Assembly (NCBI GenBank): GCA_045658965.1
Contig: JAZOVZ010000078.1
Span: 1,252 to 65,251, forward strand
Source: Eubacteriales bacterium
GTDB lineage: Bacteria > Bacillota > Clostridia > Oscillospirales > CAG-272
Length of the DNA stretch: 64,000 bases
Direction of reading: 5' to 3'
Shown piece by piece: positions 61,356-64,000 of this stretch (positions within the stretch are counted from its first letter, which is position 1; every line of letters starts with the position of its first letter). The notes beneath the pieces were generated by a model. That model had not been told where the DNA came from. It worked only from the letters and a program-made list of their open reading frames with translations, and made no database searches. The position numbers and the translations under genes are program-made.

Positions 61356-62204
61356 TTACCCCAATGCGATCTTATCGGGTGCTTTTTCGGGGTCTGCCGT
61401 CGTGTAGGTCAGCGCCTCTCCGTACACCTCTTCGTACTTTGCCTTGCAAAGCGCAAAGTTTTGCTTTTTCATCTGCGCAACGTTATCGTGACGGCGCAGT
61501 GCAGGATCGGGATAAATGGGCTGCATGACGTGCACGGTCAGATACATCTCCTCAATGCCCTGCTCGCTGACCTTGCCGCTGGGGCGATAGGTGATAAAAG
61601 CGGGAATAATGGGCACGTTGTTCTTGACCGCAAAGGTATATGCACCGTCCTTGTACACGCGCGGCTTTTTGTAGTTCCACCACATTGCCTGCTCGGGATA
61701 AATGACCACGAAATTATCGTGCTGCAAATACCAATCCACCGCCTTGGTAAAATGGCGCATGACGGCAGGATCGTCCGAAAGCGGCAGCATACCGCCCGCG
61801 CGCATGCCCTCACCAAACGCACCCTTCATGTTGTTAAAGGGAGCGGCAACCGTATAGATCTTGCGCTTTTGCTTGCGGAATGCGTGCTGCAGCGCAAGGC
61901 AATCAAACTTATTGACGTGATTGCAGGTAATGACCGCACTTTTGATGCCCTTGGCATTCTCAATGCCGTAAACCTCGGGCTTGATCTCGTCGCGCATTGC
62001 CTTACGGCGGAAGGGCTTGACCACGAAATTGTAGCGAAGCGCGGTCACGATCTTGCCAAATCCCTTGCGCACGTAGGGGAAATCCTTGGTCACGGGCAGC
62101 ACGATGCTGTAGTCCACGGGGTCTACGTGGCGGTCAAATTCGCCAAGCGCCTCATATTTTTCTATGTCCGAGAGCACCTGCGCTCTGGTATCTGCATCCA
62201 TCAT
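61356..62204 (-). CDS. lysophospholipid (1-acyl-sn-glycerol-3-phosphate-type) acyltransferase
   Basis: HX4D motif NHVNKFD and a later PEQAMWW-type block. ATGA-type overlap with the upstream GT2 gene. Confidence 0.8.
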   Translation of the reverse strand: MMDADTRAQVLSDIEKYEALGEFDRHVDPVDYSIVLPVTKDFPYVRKGFGKIVTALRYNFVVKPFRRKAMRDEIKPEVYGIENAKGIKSAVITCNHVNKFDCLALQHAFRKQKRKIYTVAAPFNNMKGAFGEGMRAGGMLPLSDDPAVMRHFTKAVDWYLQHDNFVVIYPEQAMWWNYKKPRVYKDGAYTFAVKNNVPIIPAFITYRPSGKVSEQGIEEMYLTVHVMQPIYPDPALRRHDNVAQMKKQNFALCKAKYEEVYGEALTYTTADPEKAPDKIALG

Positions 62205-63499
62205 AGTCCGTTTCTCTCTTTCTCCGAAAAGTCAGCGCGGTCAATCGCCTCCCACGTGTGTCTGCCCTTCTTAGAGAACAGCGCGCGGCGCATGACCGGA
62301 ATATACCCCATATAAAATACGGGATGTGCCAAAATCAGCACGATTTTTTTGTAAAACGGCAGCCCGATCACCTTCCAATCCGACAGCACCGCAAACAGCG
62401 TAGGCACTAAGAAATACAAATAGATCGCGCCAATGCCCACGGGAACGCCCAGCAACGCCTGCCAGCCCACGGGGTTACCAAGCAGCAAAAGTCCCAAGCC
62501 GATCACGGCAGAGGCTGCCGCATAGATCAATGCCGTGCCCACAAGGCAATACACCACGTTCAAGCTGCCCGCGTGATAGCGTTGCATGCGCTGCTGCTTT
62601 GTTGCGCCCTTGCGCTGCTTTGCCGTAATGCGCGGCATATACAGCCTGTCGCTGTCCACCACGCCCGTCATCCAACGCTGTCTGCGCTTGTTGGTCACGC
62701 GCAGCTCGGTCGCTTCCTCCATATACACGATCGCGTGCTCGTAATACAGCGTGCGATAGCCCGAAAGCACGGTATCCATCATGAGCTCCACGTCCTCGGT
62801 CAGCGTGCTTTGATACGGCCAGCCGCCGTTCTTGCGCACAAGGTCTGCGCACATCATAAAGCCCGTACCCACGATAAAGCAGGGATATCCCTTTTTGGAC
62901 TTATGCAAATTACCCATGTTGTCCATCAGCGTCCAGATCACGCCGTTGCAGCAGGCAGAGAGCGTTCTCGTGCTCTTATCGCCGAAAAAGTAATTCTTGA
63001 CGCGCTTTTTGGAAACAATGATCTCCGCGCCCGTCACCATGGCGTTGTTCATCTCTGCAAGGTACGCGTCGTCAAGCACGGTGTCCGCGTCAATGACGAT
63101 ATACGCGTCGTACTTGCTTGCATCCTCGTGCAGGATCTTTTGCAGGCAACCGTCCAACGCGTCTCCCTTTTTGGTCTGTCCCGTCACGACCACGGGGATA
63201 TGCCCGCGCTGCTCGGTCATGCTGACGGTGGGGTCGCTTGCATCGTCCACCACGACGTACACGTCAAAGCAATCGCGCTCGTAGGTCTGACGCGCAAGGC
63301 TGTCAAAGAGCGGAGTGATCGACGCACTCTCGTTCTTGGCGGGCACAATGACTGCCAGGCGGTTTTTCTTTTCATTATGCAGCTTTTCCTGATGCGAAAA
63401 CGCAAACAGCCAGCACCATATTCTCGGTATATATAAGGCAATGCAAATCAACGAAACGCCCACGAATAACGCAAACAAGCTATACACGATCTTATCCAT
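62201..63499 (-). CDS. membrane glycosyltransferase family 2
   Basis: N-terminal TM helix, VIVPAKNE, DDASD, IDADT, and C-terminal TM helices. Confidence 0.85.
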   Translation of the reverse strand: MDKIVYSLFALFVGVSLICIALYIPRIWCWLFAFSHQEKLHNEKKNRLAVIVPAKNESASITPLFDSLARQTYERDCFDVYVVVDDASDPTVSMTEQRGHIPVVVTGQTKKGDALDGCLQKILHEDASKYDAYIVIDADTVLDDAYLAEMNNAMVTGAEIIVSKKRVKNYFFGDKSTRTLSACCNGVIWTLMDNMGNLHKSKKGYPCFIVGTGFMMCADLVRKNGGWPYQSTLTEDVELMMDTVLSGYRTLYYEHAIVYMEEATELRVTNKRRQRWMTGVVDSDRLYMPRITAKQRKGATKQQRMQRYHAGSLNVVYCLVGTALIYAAASAVIGLGLLLLGNPVGWQALLGVPVGIGAIYLYFLVPTLFAVLSDWKVIGLPFYKKIVLILAHPVFYMGYIPVMRRALFSKKGRHTWEAIDRADFSEKERNGL

Positions 63500-63640
63500 A
63501 TCGTTTCCCCCAATCTTAAATGTGGTTTTCTAAACCATTTTATCACGCTTTGCCAACTTTGTCAATAGTTTTTGCCAATTTCATTGCTTTGCACAACATA
63601 CACGGTATAGTATATCCTCTAAAATATCGGTTTAAGCATA

Positions 63641-63672
63641 AAAAACCCAACGAGAGGGGCACGCATCTCTCG
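63641..63672 (-). terminator. intrinsic terminator of 63697-63984
   Basis: Minus strand reads CGAGAG...CTCTCG followed by TTGGGTTTTTT. Confidence 0.7.
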
Positions 63673-63696
63673 GCGGGGGATTGTACCACTGTCGCC

Positions 63697-63984
63697 TTAT
63701 GATCTTACAATCAATTCATATTCTTCCTCGACTTGTTTTAGCAACTCAGAGAAAGCATCATCACAAAGCAAGTATTTATAAACACCTCCACCGCCGGATT
63801 GTTGAATCGCAATCACATAATCGTTGTCAATTTTCATTATCTGTCCTACCCAAAGCAGATTTTCATATCCCGTCAAGCGAAACTCAATCCACAAGCAACC
63901 ACCCGTATTATTATTGTTCAGAGGATTAAAGTAAAGTCGATCCGGACTACTCTGCTCATAAGCATCCAGTTGTTTTTTCGTCAA
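63697..63984 (-). CDS. small hypothetical protein, or the C-terminus of a longer one
   Basis: The 95-aa ORF starts at TTG, but the frame stays open upstream to the window end (64000), so the true start may lie outside. AT-rich. Confidence 0.45.
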   Translation of the reverse strand: MTKKQLDAYEQSSPDRLYFNPLNNNNTGGCLWIEFRLTGYENLLWVGQIMKIDNDYVIAIQQSGGGGVYKYLLCDDAFSELLKQVEEEYELIVRS

Positions 63985-64000
63985 GTACCGTCTGTTCTCT

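Overview
This 64 kb window looks like the chromosome of a moderately GC-rich, anaerobic Firmicute of the Clostridia (Oscillospiraceae/Ruminococcaceae-like). That guess rests on a dockerin-bearing protein, a glycyl-radical enzyme, rubrerythrin with a Fur/PerR-type regulator, a T-box leader, and many near-consensus TTGACA-N17-TGnTATAAT promoters. All calls come from reading the sequence and the ORF track; no database search was run, so family names are motif-based recollections. About 63 protein genes and 2 tRNAs are supported. Contents, left to right: (1) 1-14771, a mirror-image envelope supercluster. An ECF sigma/anti-sigma pair sits at the centre, and each arm carries beta-propeller-like lipoprotein paralogs, a giant double-module permease and an ABC ATPase. 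(2) A MATE pump and divergent tRNA-Gln/tRNA-Arg. (3) 17.1-20.8 kb, a small accessory islet with a duplicated promoter cassette, a phosphoesterase, an AAC(3)-like acetyltransferase, a NUDIX protein and a RAYT/IS200-like gene. (4) 20.8-26.2 kb, an operon of a short glycyl-radical eliminase-type enzyme, its activase, a Zn-ADH and a TIM-barrel glycosidase-like protein. (5) Carbohydrate-active and membrane genes, an amino-acid ABC importer, rbr/perR-like, ThrE-like, DUF1538/PII, GH28 and a GH106-like protein. (6) A Trp T-box in front of a TrpB2-like gene, then a dockerin protein, udk-tdk-pepT and luxS-mtnN. (7) A phage/toxin-like islet (SLOG, HTH, Doc-like Fic) and lipid/glycosyl-transferase genes. 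The least explained signal is non-coding. There are five arrays totalling about 35 units of variable short hairpin plus a conserved 7-8 nt word (AYWTCAY), GTAGGGG-type REP palindromes including six tandem copies inside the RAYT-like gene itself, and a roughly 150 bp multi-hairpin element family. Long antisense ORFs in the track are treated as GC-driven shadow ORFs.
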